From an uncultured Acidobacteriota bacterium (GTDB taxonomy: Bacteria; Acidobacteriota; UBA6911): a stretch of DNA of 64,000 nucleotides. Within the stretch, counting starts at the first letter, position 1. The number at the start of each line of letters is the position of its first letter. The position numbers were made by a program, and so were the translations under genes. The stretch spans positions 128,001-192,000 of the forward strand of contig CAWJKZ010000009.1 of NCBI GenBank assembly GCA_963843575.1, written 5' to 3'. Below, piece after piece: positions 21,964-32,400 of this stretch. The notes below the pieces were generated by a model that was given only the letters and a program-made list of their open reading frames with translations, made no database searches and had not been told where the DNA came from.

Positions 21964-22848
21964 TCAAACCCCGGCAGTCGTCTTCTCCATACTGAGCACC
22001 ACGCCGGCCAGGATGGCGGCGACGATGCCGGTACCCCTGAGCAAATCGATGGATTCCTGGAACAGCGGCACCGCCGCGAGGACTGTGATGACCGGGTACA
22101 GCTGCGAGTAAGGAGTGACTATGCTCGCCTTGCCGTTCCTGTAGGCGGCAAACATCGTCAAAACCCCTCCTCCCATCAGCACGCCGATAACCAGACTCAG
22201 CCAGCCGGCCCGCACCGGGATGTCCCAGTCCAGGCTCGTGTCAGTGCAGGACAGAACGAGCGCGAGCACGATGAACGAACCCGTGAACGCCACCGTCGAG
22301 AGCTCTTCGGAAATGAAGTAGGTGGCGCCTTTCTGGGTGAGAAAGGTCAGCCCGAAAAGTACGAGCGATGCGACGGTGTACATCATCCAGGTGGACCGGA
22401 ACCCTGAACCGGCCTCTTGCGGTGACGACGGTGTCGCATTCAGCAGGACTATGGCGACCAGGGCCGCAACTATGCCGAGAGCCTGTATGCCGCGGATCCT
22501 TTCGTTGAACAGAAAAGGGGCGGCAACCACCGGTACGAGAGGGGCCAGGCTTATGATCGGGAACACCAGGGAAGCCGGGCCGTCGTGACCCAGGGCGTCG
22601 TAGAGCAGGATGTTTCCAATGCCGCCCATGAGGCCGGTCGCAGAGGCCAGAAGCAGTCCTTTCCAGAGGTGTGTGAACTTCCTCACCTTGGGAGAAAACA
22701 GGAGTGCGATCGCGACGGGTACGAGCCCCGCAGTCGACATGATCTGGATCATGACACCGGACATATCCCGGCTCACGAGCGTCGAGAGCAGGCTCCAGAC
22801 GGCCCAGATCAGCATTGAAATCGTCGCATACACAAACCACTTCGGCAT
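21964..22848 (-). CDS. EamA/DMT family transporter (tandem paralogue)
   Basis: Same MPKW start, QKgATY.IS.ELSTV, GKA..V.P..QLYPVITVLAA. Confidence 0.88.
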   Translation of the reverse strand: MPKWFVYATISMLIWAVWSLLSTLVSRDMSGVMIQIMSTAGLVPVAIALLFSPKVRKFTHLWKGLLLASATGLMGGIGNILLYDALGHDGPASLVFPIISLAPLVPVVAAPFLFNERIRGIQALGIVAALVAIVLLNATPSSPQEAGSGFRSTWMMYTVASLVLFGLTFLTQKGATYFISEELSTVAFTGSFIVLALVLSCTDTSLDWDIPVRAGWLSLVIGVLMGGGVLTMFAAYRNGKASIVTPYSQLYPVITVLAAVPLFQESIDLLRGTGIVAAILAGVVLSMEKTTAGV

Positions 22849-22890
22849 ACGTCCCGTTCCATCGCTTACATTTTCGTTGCGGCGCCGGCT

Positions 22891-24270
22891 CTACCGCTGC
22901 GGCGGGTCGGTTTCCAGGATCAGCACCCAGTCGCTGTCGCCGCCTTTGTTCTTACCGGGCGGCACGAAGTCGCGGTTGCCCTGATTCGGTAGGAGGTCCT
23001 CGTCGATACGGACCACATCTCCACTTGTTGGGTCAAACCACTGCCCCACAGTGGGAGCTGCGAGACGGCTCATCTGGACAGTGATCGAGCGCGCGCTGGG
23101 CATGTAGACCATCACGAGTTTGCCATCGCTCGAGCGTGCCGCAGTCGCGTAATCCTCGCCGCCGGGGGTGCTGCCGGCGTTGAAAAATCCGCGCCCCGCG
23201 ATGACGACGTTGTGGCCCCAGTCCGGTTCCAGAAGGTGCCACGGCCGGCCGAGAAATGCGCCGTTCAGCACGCCCATGGCCCGCGCTCCGGGATCGTTGA
23301 GACGCTCCAGCCAGCCTTTAGGGTGGGAATAGGTCGCACGGTGGCCATAGATGTGGCCGCAGGCCCCGCCCAGGTAGCTCCACCAGGCCTGGCGTCGGAT
23401 AAACTGCGCCGGCGCATCGCGTTCCATCTCATAGGCGCTTTCGCCCATCACAAAAGGCATTGCGGGCTGTGCAGACCACGCCTGGTAGTTGGCGAAGTAG
23501 ACGTGGTGGCGCTCGCGCCCCTGCATCGCCGGGTAGTAGTTGTACGTCATGTTGAGCGAGAGCCACTTCGCGTCGGGGATCCGGTCGCGAGCGGAGTAGT
23601 CGGACGCGGTGTGGTACGTGTGGATATGGTTGGGATCGGTCTCGGCGATCCCCTCGCACATCAGGATGCTGCGCCGGGTTTCGTTGTGATCCCCGCCTCC
23701 GACCCAGACGATGTTGGGAACATCCTTGTAACGACGCCCGATCCAGCGGCCGAATTCGCGGCATTTCTCGTCGGTGTTGGGTGGAGCCTCGAGAATCTCG
23801 GTCCAGCCGTCGCGGCAGCAGCCCAGGTAATGGGTTGAGACAAAGAGGACGAAACCGCGTTGGGTGCATTCCGCAAGCATCCGATCGATGCGCTTCCAGT
23901 ACGGCTCGTTGGGCTTCGACACGTCCCGGTCGATGAAAGCGTGCTGCCCCTCGAAATCGGGCTGATCGCCGGCGAGCAGGCGTCTGGCATCCCCTTCGCC
24001 GTAGGCATCGGGAACGAACTGGCAAAGGATCGTATTGATCCCTTTCGCCTTGCGATCGTCCAGGTAGGCGCGCAACTCATCCAGCGAAATCGCAAACAGC
24101 ACGCGCCAGCCGGCCTCGCCGTTAACGAAAAAAGGGACGCCGCGCTGGTCCACCAGGTGCCGGCGATTCCCGCTGACCTTCAGCGGGAATGTTGCCGGAG
24201 CTGCCGAGATAGAAAGCTGCAGCGCCAAGACCGCGACCGCCGTCAACAGGATCTTCGTTTTGCTATTCAT
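22891..24270 (-). CDS. Secreted DUF4038/GH140 apiosidase-like protein
   Basis: FPLKVSGNRRHLVDQRGVPFF, WVGGGD, RRQAWW, WFDPTSG, DWVLILE. Confidence 0.85.
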   Translation of the reverse strand: MNSKTKILLTAVAVLALQLSISAAPATFPLKVSGNRRHLVDQRGVPFFVNGEAGWRVLFAISLDELRAYLDDRKAKGINTILCQFVPDAYGEGDARRLLAGDQPDFEGQHAFIDRDVSKPNEPYWKRIDRMLAECTQRGFVLFVSTHYLGCCRDGWTEILEAPPNTDEKCREFGRWIGRRYKDVPNIVWVGGGDHNETRRSILMCEGIAETDPNHIHTYHTASDYSARDRIPDAKWLSLNMTYNYYPAMQGRERHHVYFANYQAWSAQPAMPFVMGESAYEMERDAPAQFIRRQAWWSYLGGACGHIYGHRATYSHPKGWLERLNDPGARAMGVLNGAFLGRPWHLLEPDWGHNVVIAGRGFFNAGSTPGGEDYATAARSSDGKLVMVYMPSARSITVQMSRLAAPTVGQWFDPTSGDVVRIDEDLLPNQGNRDFVPPGKNKGGDSDWVLILETDPPQR

Positions 24271-25618
24271 TCCGAACTCCGAAGGGAAAGCCTTTCAGAA
24301 CCCAATACAGGAGACCCAGGAAACACCAGCCGAAACCAAGCTTCATGGCGGCAGGACGACAGGCTGAACCAGATATAGGTGCAGACCACGAGGCCGGCTG
24401 CGGGCGCGAGCAGGGAGATCACTCGCTCCGACCGCAAGCCGGTATCGCCGCCAGGAGCGCAAGAGAGCCGAAAGGTTCACAAAAATGAAACCCAGGCAGG
24501 CACCGAAGTTAACGAACTGCGCCGCCTCGTCCAGGTTCATCACCAGAGGCCCGAGCGCCGAAAGCGCGCCCAAGAGAAGCACGGAGTACAACGGCGTGTT
24601 CAGCGTCGGGTGGATATAGCTGAATATCCTGCGCGGTAGCCGTCCCTCGCGCGCCATCCCGAACAGGAGCCTGGAGGCGCTGGCCTGGCTCGTGACGGCG
24701 CTGGTGAAGGCCTGGCCGACCACCAGCGCCGCTATGGCGGCGAAGAGTGCCGGGCCGCCGACGATCCGTCCGATTTCGCTGAACGCTGTTTCGGACGCGG
24801 GGATCTGGCGCCAGTCCGGACCAGCAAGCGCCCCGAGATAGGTCAGCAACGTGAATGTGCCGCCGCAGATCAGGCACGTGGCGATGGTCGCGAGCGGCAC
24901 GTCGCGCGGTGCGTTCCTGGCATCCTCCGCCAGCGTGGAGATGCCGTCGAATCCCAGGTACGAGAGCACGGCGATTGCGAATGCCGAGCGCGTCGCTCCC
25001 GAGGTCGAAATCCACCGGATTGAAGAACGGCTTGAACGAGACCAGCGTGCCCGCACCGGTGCCCGACAGCAGGGAGGTGATCGCAGCCACGACGAACCAG
25101 ACGACCGACAGGGCGAGCACGATCGTCCAGATGATCGTAAAACGCGCCGTGACCTCGATCCCGCGCAGGTTGATCGCGGTGATGAGAGCGGCCCACCCGA
25201 TGACCCACGCCCAGTGGGGCACCGACGGGAGCGAGCCGTCCCACGGTGGCGCTTATGATCACGACCGAGATGATCGGCATCAGGACATAGTCGAGCACCA
25301 TGGCCCAGCCCGCGAAGTAACCGGCGATCGGGTGCACTTCGGCAGAGGCGTAGGCATACGCCGAACCGGCATTCGGATGCGCTCGGACCATCCTGCCGTA
25401 ACTGATCGCCGTGAACACCATTGCGACGGCGGCGAGCACGTAGACCAGACGCGAAATGACCGCGCGAGTTCGCCGACACCGATCCCGAACATGGCGTAGG
25501 GGGCCGTCGGCCCCACGAACGCGACTCCGAAAAACGTCAGCGCCCCGAGACCGAGGACCGGACGGAAGGCCGGGCTGCCGGTCTGCGTCGAAGCTGTGCT
25601 CTTCCCGCGATCCGCCAC
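24263..25618 (-). CDS. APC-family amino acid/polyamine permease, multiple frameshifts
   Basis: Pieces: HPNAGSAYAY, GWA..LDY.L.P, LSYLGFDGISTLAED, SRLLFGMAREGRLP. Confidence 0.8.
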
Positions 25619-25621
25619 AAC

Positions 25622-26644
25622 TCACACCCTCACGGTCGATCCGGCCGCCGACGATTCGTAGCAGAGTTCCAGCAGCTTGAGGGTCTTTATGTTGTCCTCC
25701 GCGGTGGTCTCCGCCTCTCCTTCGCCCCGCAGGGCCGACAGCAGGTCCCGGTGGCAGTCGACGATGCTCGACGTGCTCACTTCGTACGCCGGATCACCCC
25801 ACGAGTAGCGCACGGGCGGGTGGCGGCGCGCATGGGTCCCGTTAGCCGTGGTGACCCGGATCCAGTAGTCGGGCGCGAGTTCCGCCGATCCGCGCTGCCC
25901 TTCGACAAAGATGGACGTCTGAATGTAGTGATCGCGTTCGACCGGGATCCGTGCCAGCGCGACCTCGATGACCACGGTCATGCCGCTCTGCATGCGCATC
26001 ATGATGGTCGCCATGTCCTCGCCCTTTATGTCGGGCTGGACCTTCGTTGCATGGCAGTAGAGCGTTTCCACCTCGCCGAACAGGAACCGCGCCGTATCCA
26101 GGAGATGGACGCCGGTGTCGGCCAGAAGGAGACGTTCCAGCTCTTTGAGAAAGGGCTGATTCACGTAGTCGTCCACGCCCGAGATCAGGCTCAGAGTGGC
26201 CCGCGCAGGGCGGCCGATGTCACCCGAATCCAGAACGGTCTTGAGCGCCCTGATAGGCGTCTGCCAACGCCAGTTCTCGTGGATGAGCAGCGGAACGCCT
26301 GCGGTCCGGCACGCGTCCATCATGTCCTCGCACTCGGCGAGGGTCGGCGCCATCGGTTTCTGGCAGATGACCGGCAGCCTGCGCGCCGCCGCGAGCTTGA
26401 CGAAGCGGCCGTGCGACGCGTTGTCGGTGATGATGTCGATGAAGTCGACCTGTTCGCGGTCGAGCATCGCTTCCGCGTCGTCGTACACTGCCGGGATCCC
26501 GAACCGCGCCGCCAGCTCCTCCGCCTTCGATTTCGTTCTGTTGTAGATGGCCACGCAACGGGCGCCCGGTATTTCCTTCCACGCCCCGATCTGGAACTGC
26601 GCCCAGAAACCGGCCCCCAGGATCGCAAACTTCAGTTCTGACAT
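25622..26644 (-). CDS. apsD: Gfo/Idh/MocA oxidoreductase, D-apiose dehydrogenase-like
   Basis: ICQKP (Q rather than the usual E), HENWRWQTPI, QP.L...ER....D.G.H.LD.ARF, IKGED.ATI, DN.KT..L.E..YES match the ApsD sequence as I recall it (not aligned). Confidence 0.7.
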   Translation of the reverse strand: MSELKFAILGAGFWAQFQIGAWKEIPGARCVAIYNRTKSKAEELAARFGIPAVYDDAEAMLDREQVDFIDIITDNASHGRFVKLAAARRLPVICQKPMAPTLAECEDMMDACRTAGVPLLIHENWRWQTPIRALKTVLDSGDIGRPARATLSLISGVDDYVNQPFLKELERLLLADTGVHLLDTARFLFGEVETLYCHATKVQPDIKGEDMATIMMRMQSGMTVVIEVALARIPVERDHYIQTSIFVEGQRGSAELAPDYWIRVTTANGTHARRHPPVRYSWGDPAYEVSTSSIVDCHRDLLSALRGEGEAETTAEDNIKTLKLLELCYESSAAGSTVRV

Positions 26645-27801
26645 GCGCTTCTCTCCAAAGGGTAGCGACCGTGACGACGCACCGCCTTGGCCATCGACAC
26701 GATGTTCTCTGGCGGAACGTCCGGCTGTATGTTGTGGACCGAGGCGACGACGAAACCTCCTCCGGGACCAAGATCGAGTATCCGCCGCCGGACCTCCGCC
26801 TCGACGTCGGAGACAGACCCTGAGGGGAGCACCTTCTGGGTGTCGATGCCGCCCCAGAACGTTAGGCGGTCGCCGAATCGCGCCTTGAGTGCGGCAGTGT
26901 TTCCCATCGCCGAAACCTGAACGGGGTTGATCGCGTCGACGCCGATCTCGATCAGATCATCGAGCAGGCCGGTGATGTTGCCGCAACTGTGATAGAAGAC
27001 TTTCGCCTCCGTCTTCGATTTGACGAAATCGAAATAACACTTGTACACCGGCTTCAGCAACCGCCGGAACGTCGAAGGAGACATCAGGAGGCCCTGCTGC
27101 GTGGCGAGATCGTCGGCGGTGCGGAACACCTGGATATAGCGCCCTGCGGCTGCCAGGAACCGACCCGTGCCGGCGGTGTTGATTTCGAGCAGCTTCGACA
27201 TGAGCGCTTTGATGAATTCCGGGTTCTCCGCGACGTCGATGAGGATCCGCTCGAAACCGCGCATGATGAAGGCGAGCTCCCAGAAACTCTTGAATCCGCC
27301 GTCGGCCATGATCGCATAGGGTGTGTTCTCGTAAAGCGCGCGCGCCTCGTCGGCCACTCCCGCGGTGAAACCCGGATCCAGAGGGTCGGGCCAGGGATAC
27401 CGGTCGATGTCTGCGATCGTTGCTTCCGCCAGCGGGTGCCCGACGGCCTCCCAGTAGTACGCGTCGTCGGAATAGAACACTTGCTTCCAGGTGACGCCCC
27501 AGGGATCGATGTTCGTGCCCGGTGGAGAGGGCGGGGGTACCCAGGACGATGGTCCTCTTGAAGTAAGGGCGCGGGTGTCGCTGCCGAGGCGCACGGCGAC
27601 GGACTCGTCGACGCGCACGAGGCGGAACGTGTCGTCCATCATCTGCGTCGGGGCGGCGATGCCAAGGTGCTGCTTCAGGCGCTCGTAACCTTCGGCGAGG
27701 ATCGTCGTGCTGTAGCCCCCGCCGATGTCGATGGGCACGCGGTCCGGTTCCCGGTGGTTGAGGGCACGCATCACTCTTTCGCGCGGCGTCATCTCGCCCA
27801 T
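26632..27801 (-). CDS. Uroporphyrinogen decarboxylase superfamily protein (MtaA/CmuA-like, possible second-step methyltransferase)
   Basis: MTPRERV..ALNH.EPDRVP.D.GG, YHSCG, FWGGIDTQ, HNIQPDVP.EN. Confidence 0.85.
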   Translation of the reverse strand: MGEMTPRERVMRALNHREPDRVPIDIGGGYSTTILAEGYERLKQHLGIAAPTQMMDDTFRLVRVDESVAVRLGSDTRALTSRGPSSWVPPPSPPGTNIDPWGVTWKQVFYSDDAYYWEAVGHPLAEATIADIDRYPWPDPLDPGFTAGVADEARALYENTPYAIMADGGFKSFWELAFIMRGFERILIDVAENPEFIKALMSKLLEINTAGTGRFLAAAGRYIQVFRTADDLATQQGLLMSPSTFRRLLKPVYKCYFDFVKSKTEAKVFYHSCGNITGLLDDLIEIGVDAINPVQVSAMGNTAALKARFGDRLTFWGGIDTQKVLPSGSVSDVEAEVRRRILDLGPGGGFVVASVHNIQPDVPPENIVSMAKAVRRHGRYPLERSACQN

Positions 27802-27844
27802 GGTGAACTCCAGAGTGCGGAGGTTCTGACAAAACCCGCCGATT

Positions 27845-27940
27845 CGAGGCGCGGCGATCGCAGAGAACCACAGACAATAACCTCGTAACAATGGGCTTTT
27901 GAGTCTGCGATCCTCTGCGGCCCCTGCGTCTCTGCGGTGA
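27845..27940. repeat. CGCAGAG-type periodic palindromic element
   Basis: GATCGCAGAG.ACCACAGA ... TCTGCGATCCTCTGCGGCCCCTGCGTCTCTGCGGTG. Confidence 0.6.
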
Positions 27941-27993
27941 GTTCTTGCCTTCTCACAGCTACGTGAAGACTAACTATGTGCTTCAGTTGGAAG

Positions 27994-29379
27994 CTACCGT
28001 TTGGGGGCTTCCAGGATCAGGACCCAATCGTTGTCACGGGTGCCATTGTCCCCCGGGGTGACGAATTCCCGAAGTCCAGCATTCGGAAAAGGCGAATCCG
28101 TTATCCGTGTGAAGCTGCCCGTGGCGGGACTGAACCATTGCGCCGTCACCTGCCCGTGCAACCGGCTCATGTCGATGCGGAGCGTGCGGGTGGCGGCGTT
28201 GGTGGGGGGCACGTAGGCCATTACGAGACCGCCGTCGGCCGAACGGGCCGCTGTTACATAGTCCGCCTGCTCGAAGACGCCATACCCGGCGGTGACCGTT
28301 TCATGGTTTTGATCCGGAACCAGCATGTGCCAGGCACGCGACGCAAATATGGACGCCAGCCGACTCATGTCCCCGTTCGCAGGAGAGCCGACGCCGTTGG
28401 GGCCGTCCCAGCCGGGGCGGAAGGGCCAGACCGGATGGTTTCCGAAGAAATGACCGGCACAACCGCTGAGAACGGCCCAGTATGCCTGACGCCGCAGCCG
28501 GCCGCGATCGGACGTGTAAGTACCGCCGTACGTCGAACCGGTAAGATCCTCGTACCTGGCCTCGATCAAGTAGTTGGGTCTTGCGTCACGGCGATTGTAT
28601 TCCCTGAGAGACATCTTGTACGGCTCGTCCGGCGTCCCTCTTCGGCCGAGGTCGTCTCCCGTGTAGACGCCATTGAGTTGCAGGTACGGGGCGAACTTCG
28701 CGTGATCGAGTGAGGTCGTCGATCGGACTCCGTGGTAGCTGTGGAGCTTGTCCGGGTCCTGCTCTTTGATGCCGAGCAGGATCTCGAGCGCATGGGACAC
28801 GCCGGCGGTGTTTTCGGGCGGACTGTAGTCTCCCCCATGCACCCAGATGATGTTCGTGAAATTCCGATAGCGCCCGCCCAGGAAGCGCCCGTATTCGCGG
28901 GATTTTCGCGCGCCGTTCGCGTTGAGTTCTTTCCAGAATCCCTCGTCGCCGCCTCCCACTCCGAAGTAGCAGGGGAAGAGAAAGACGAGTATGCCGTTCT
29001 CTTCGGCTTTCCGGAGCACCCAGTCCGCATGCTTGAAATAGCGTTCGCTCGGCGTGGAAAAGTCGCCGGGAGTGAGAAACGGTCCCACGCCTTCCAGGTT
29101 ATTCGGGGGATTGTCGGCGAACTTGTGCTCGAGGAGATTCACTATCAGAGCGTTGTAGCCAGACCTCGCCCTCTCGGCCAGGTACCGTTCCGCGTCCGCC
29201 CTGTTGAGTTGCACCAGCAGGGACCATGCCGTATCTCCGTGGATGAAGAAAGGGGAGCCGTTCCTGTCGACGAGATACCGGTGATCGGCACTCAGCTTCA
29301 CCGGCAGCCTCGGGGCGGTCGGGGGATGGGACAGTGCGAGGCCGGCGTATACCGCGAAGAGGAGCACAAGGGAGTTCAT
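27994..29379 (-). CDS. Secreted DUF4038/GH140 apiosidase-like protein
   Basis: RYLVDRNGSPFFIHGDTAW, WVHGGD, RRQAYWAVLSG..GHFFGN, DWVLILE. Confidence 0.85.
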   Translation of the reverse strand: MNSLVLLFAVYAGLALSHPPTAPRLPVKLSADHRYLVDRNGSPFFIHGDTAWSLLVQLNRADAERYLAERARSGYNALIVNLLEHKFADNPPNNLEGVGPFLTPGDFSTPSERYFKHADWVLRKAEENGILVFLFPCYFGVGGGDEGFWKELNANGARKSREYGRFLGGRYRNFTNIIWVHGGDYSPPENTAGVSHALEILLGIKEQDPDKLHSYHGVRSTTSLDHAKFAPYLQLNGVYTGDDLGRRGTPDEPYKMSLREYNRRDARPNYLIEARYEDLTGSTYGGTYTSDRGRLRRQAYWAVLSGCAGHFFGNHPVWPFRPGWDGPNGVGSPANGDMSRLASIFASRAWHMLVPDQNHETVTAGYGVFEQADYVTAARSADGGLVMAYVPPTNAATRTLRIDMSRLHGQVTAQWFSPATGSFTRITDSPFPNAGLREFVTPGDNGTRDNDWVLILEAPKR

Positions 29380-29397
29380 CCGTATAATCCAATGGCG

Positions 29398-29439
29398 AAA
29401 AAAGCCCGGCCGGGTTCCATAAGAAACACCCGGCCGGGC
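29398..29439 (-). terminator. Rho-independent terminator after the TonB-dependent receptor
   Basis: 12-bp GC stem GCCCGGCCGGGT / ACCCGGCCGGGC followed by T6 on the minus strand. Confidence 0.8.
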
Positions 29440-29445
29440 AGTGGA

Positions 29446-32400
29446 CTAGAAGATGGCCTTGAAGACCATCTGGACCGAGCGCATCGGGTAGAAACTGCTC
29501 GCCCGCGCAAACGAGGCGGACGTCAGCGATGCGGATGCTCCGGAAATATTGACGTGGTTCAGGATGTTTGATGACTGCAGCTGGTACTGCAGCGCAAGCC
29601 GCTCGCCAATGCGGAATTTCTTCCCGAAAGACAGGTCGAAGCGGGTGTAACCCGGTCTGTGGAAGTTGTTCCGGGGAAGTGTGCCGATGCGGATGTCTCC
29701 CGCGCTGGGAAGCGGGAAGATGCTCGCGCTCATGGCGCCGTTCATCCATTCAGACTTGCTGAAGGACGTGGGCACATTCGAGGTCGGCATATCGGGGCGG
29801 TCGCTGCGCTGCCCGTCGGCATTGAAGTCGCCGCCGTCGCCGTACCTGGAACCCGTTGTGGGGTTGAAGTATGGCCCGGACTCGATGTTGGCGATCCCGG
29901 AGAGCTGCCATCCTCCGAGGAATGTGCCCACCACATCGTTGCGTCCGCGGAACATGGGGAGATCCCACACCGCGTTCATCTTAATGCCGTGAGTAGAGGA
30001 CTCGTCGCGTGCCCAATCCAGTTCAGGATGGAACACTTCGGTGACGCCGCCATAGTTGGTGCGGCCATTGTGGTAGCTGTAGGAACCAGTCATTTGCCAT
30101 CCGTGGGCCAGTCGTTTGCTCAGCTCAAAGACCATGCCGTGGTAGATTCGCCGGCCGCCATTGTAATTGAGGTTGATCGAACCGTAGTGCGGGTTGATTC
30201 GATCGATGTTGCCGTCGAGGAGATCCCCGGATACCCGGTTGGTGTTATACGAAAGAAGATCGTTCGTGGACCGCCGGTAGTGATAGGCAACGGTGGCGGC
30301 CAGGTTCGTCAGGACCTGCCGCTGATAGGCGACGTTTACATCGTATACGGTCGGGGAAGCCAAGTCCCTCGCGTAGCCGGTGATCGTCGGCTGCGTGCCC
30401 TCGAATACTCCCCAGTTGGAGTCTATCCCGGGTCCGACAAGGTTGGGATTGATAGGGAAGTTCCGTGTCCCTTCCGGTGCGATGCCGTAGACGATGGGGA
30501 TCCCGTAGTCGGGTCCGGCGTTGAGCGTCGACGAGATGGGCGGGTTCCCGTAGAAGTTGCGGTAGAGGTTAAGGGAGTTGAATTCGTCATGCAGCAGGAA
30601 CAGCCCGGCGCGGATCACATTCTTACCCGTGCCTTTGGGATCCCACGCCATGCTGATCCGCGGGCTGAAGTTATTCAGGTCTTTGTCGAAACTCGTGGTA
30701 ACGGGCTTGTTCGCTACCGTTGTGACCCCCTGCGGATTGACTTGGCTATTGGTAAAGAGCGGGCCGTAGGTATCTCTCGGCTGCTGCATGCCGTCGAGTT
30801 TGTGGGGAGCGTAATAATCCCACCGGAGGCCGAGGTTCAGGGTCAGGCCGTGGCGTACCTGCCAGGAGTTCTGTGCGAAAAACGAAAGCTGCATGTTCCT
30901 GGCTTCCACGAACGGGTTCCTGAGCTCACCAGTTGCCGCGTCGACACTCCTGATCTCCGAATACGGGTTGTCATTGGCAAAGTCAATGGCACTCGCAAAC
31001 GTGTAGGCCGGAGTGTCGCCGTACAGGTAAGCCGGGTCGGTCAGATAGACGCGACGCCAGCTGCCGCCGAATTTCCAGGTCTGCGCCCCGCGGTTCCACG
31101 AGAAGGTGTCGTTGATCGAGTATACTTTCGCATCCTGGACCTCATAGGAGTAGCTGCACGCACCGGAGAACGTAGACGGGAAGCTGATACCGTCTTCGGT
31201 CTGGATACAGGGGACGTTGTACCGGTCCTTTTTGAACCGCCAGTCCCAGTTCGGGCCGTGCATTCTCGAGAACCGGAGTTCGTTCAGGGCGCTGGTTGTG
31301 AACGTGCGGACGTAGGCGAGGCTGACAAGGTCAGCCCCGGTCTTTTGCGCGTAATCCATGGTCGGGCGGACGTCCAGCTGGCTCTGATCGTTCCGGGTTC
31401 TCCAGAACGAGCCGTAAATCCTGTCTTTTGCGCTTCTGCTCTGGTAGTCCGCGCGACCGTTGTACTGGTTCCCCTGACGGTCGCTCGGGCGATCCATCGT
31501 GATCGTACCGATGTCCATGATTCCGTCATTGTTGAGATCGACCAGGTTGCGATCCGCATACTTGAAGGGGGGGTCGCTCGCCATCACTTTGGCGGCAACT
31601 GAGTTCGGACTCTTCGAGGTCACCCAGTCCTTGAACGCCTGCGTCTCCACGATGACATCCGAACCGCCGGGAGCCGATCTCTGTTCGCGCAAGCCTTCAT
31701 AGGCTCCAAAGAAGAACAGGCGATCCTTGATGACGGGGCCGCCAACCGTGCCGCCAAAGAAACGCTGGTACCAGGGGCCGACGTCTTCGGCCTTCGCGTT
31801 AAATGGCAGAGCGTTGAAGGTGTCGTCCAGGAAGGTGAAATGTCCGGTGCCGTGAATGTTGTTGGTGCCGCTCTTGGTCACCATCTGCACCTGGACGCCG
31901 CTGAGAATCCCTTCCTCCGCAGAGGTGGGGTTGGTGGAGACACGCATTTCTTCAACGGCATCAGGATTGGGGGTAAAGGCCAGGTTCCAGGAGGTGGCGT
32001 CGCCGTAGTGCATGGCTACGCCGTCCACGAAAAACGCCGCCTTATTCTCGTTTCCGCCACTGGAAAGTGCGGGGGAAGCAAGGGACTGAAGACTGTCGCA
32101 GCATTGGCCCATCCGTCCTTCTTCGGCCTTTGACTGCACTCCAGGCGTCATGGCCGTGAGCCACATGAGACCGCGCCCCATCGCCGGCAGTGATTCGATC
32201 TGCTTCGTGCTCACGACCTCGGAGATTCTGGACTCCGTCATCTCGATCTGGGGCGCCTCCGAGGAAACCTCGACCGTCTGTTCTGCTGCGCCCACCTCCA
32301 GTGTGGCGTCGATCTGCAGTGTTGCCTGTGCATTCAGTTCAATGCCTTTCCGCACCATCGTCTTGAAACCAGGTTGTTCGACCCGGATCTCGTAAACGCC

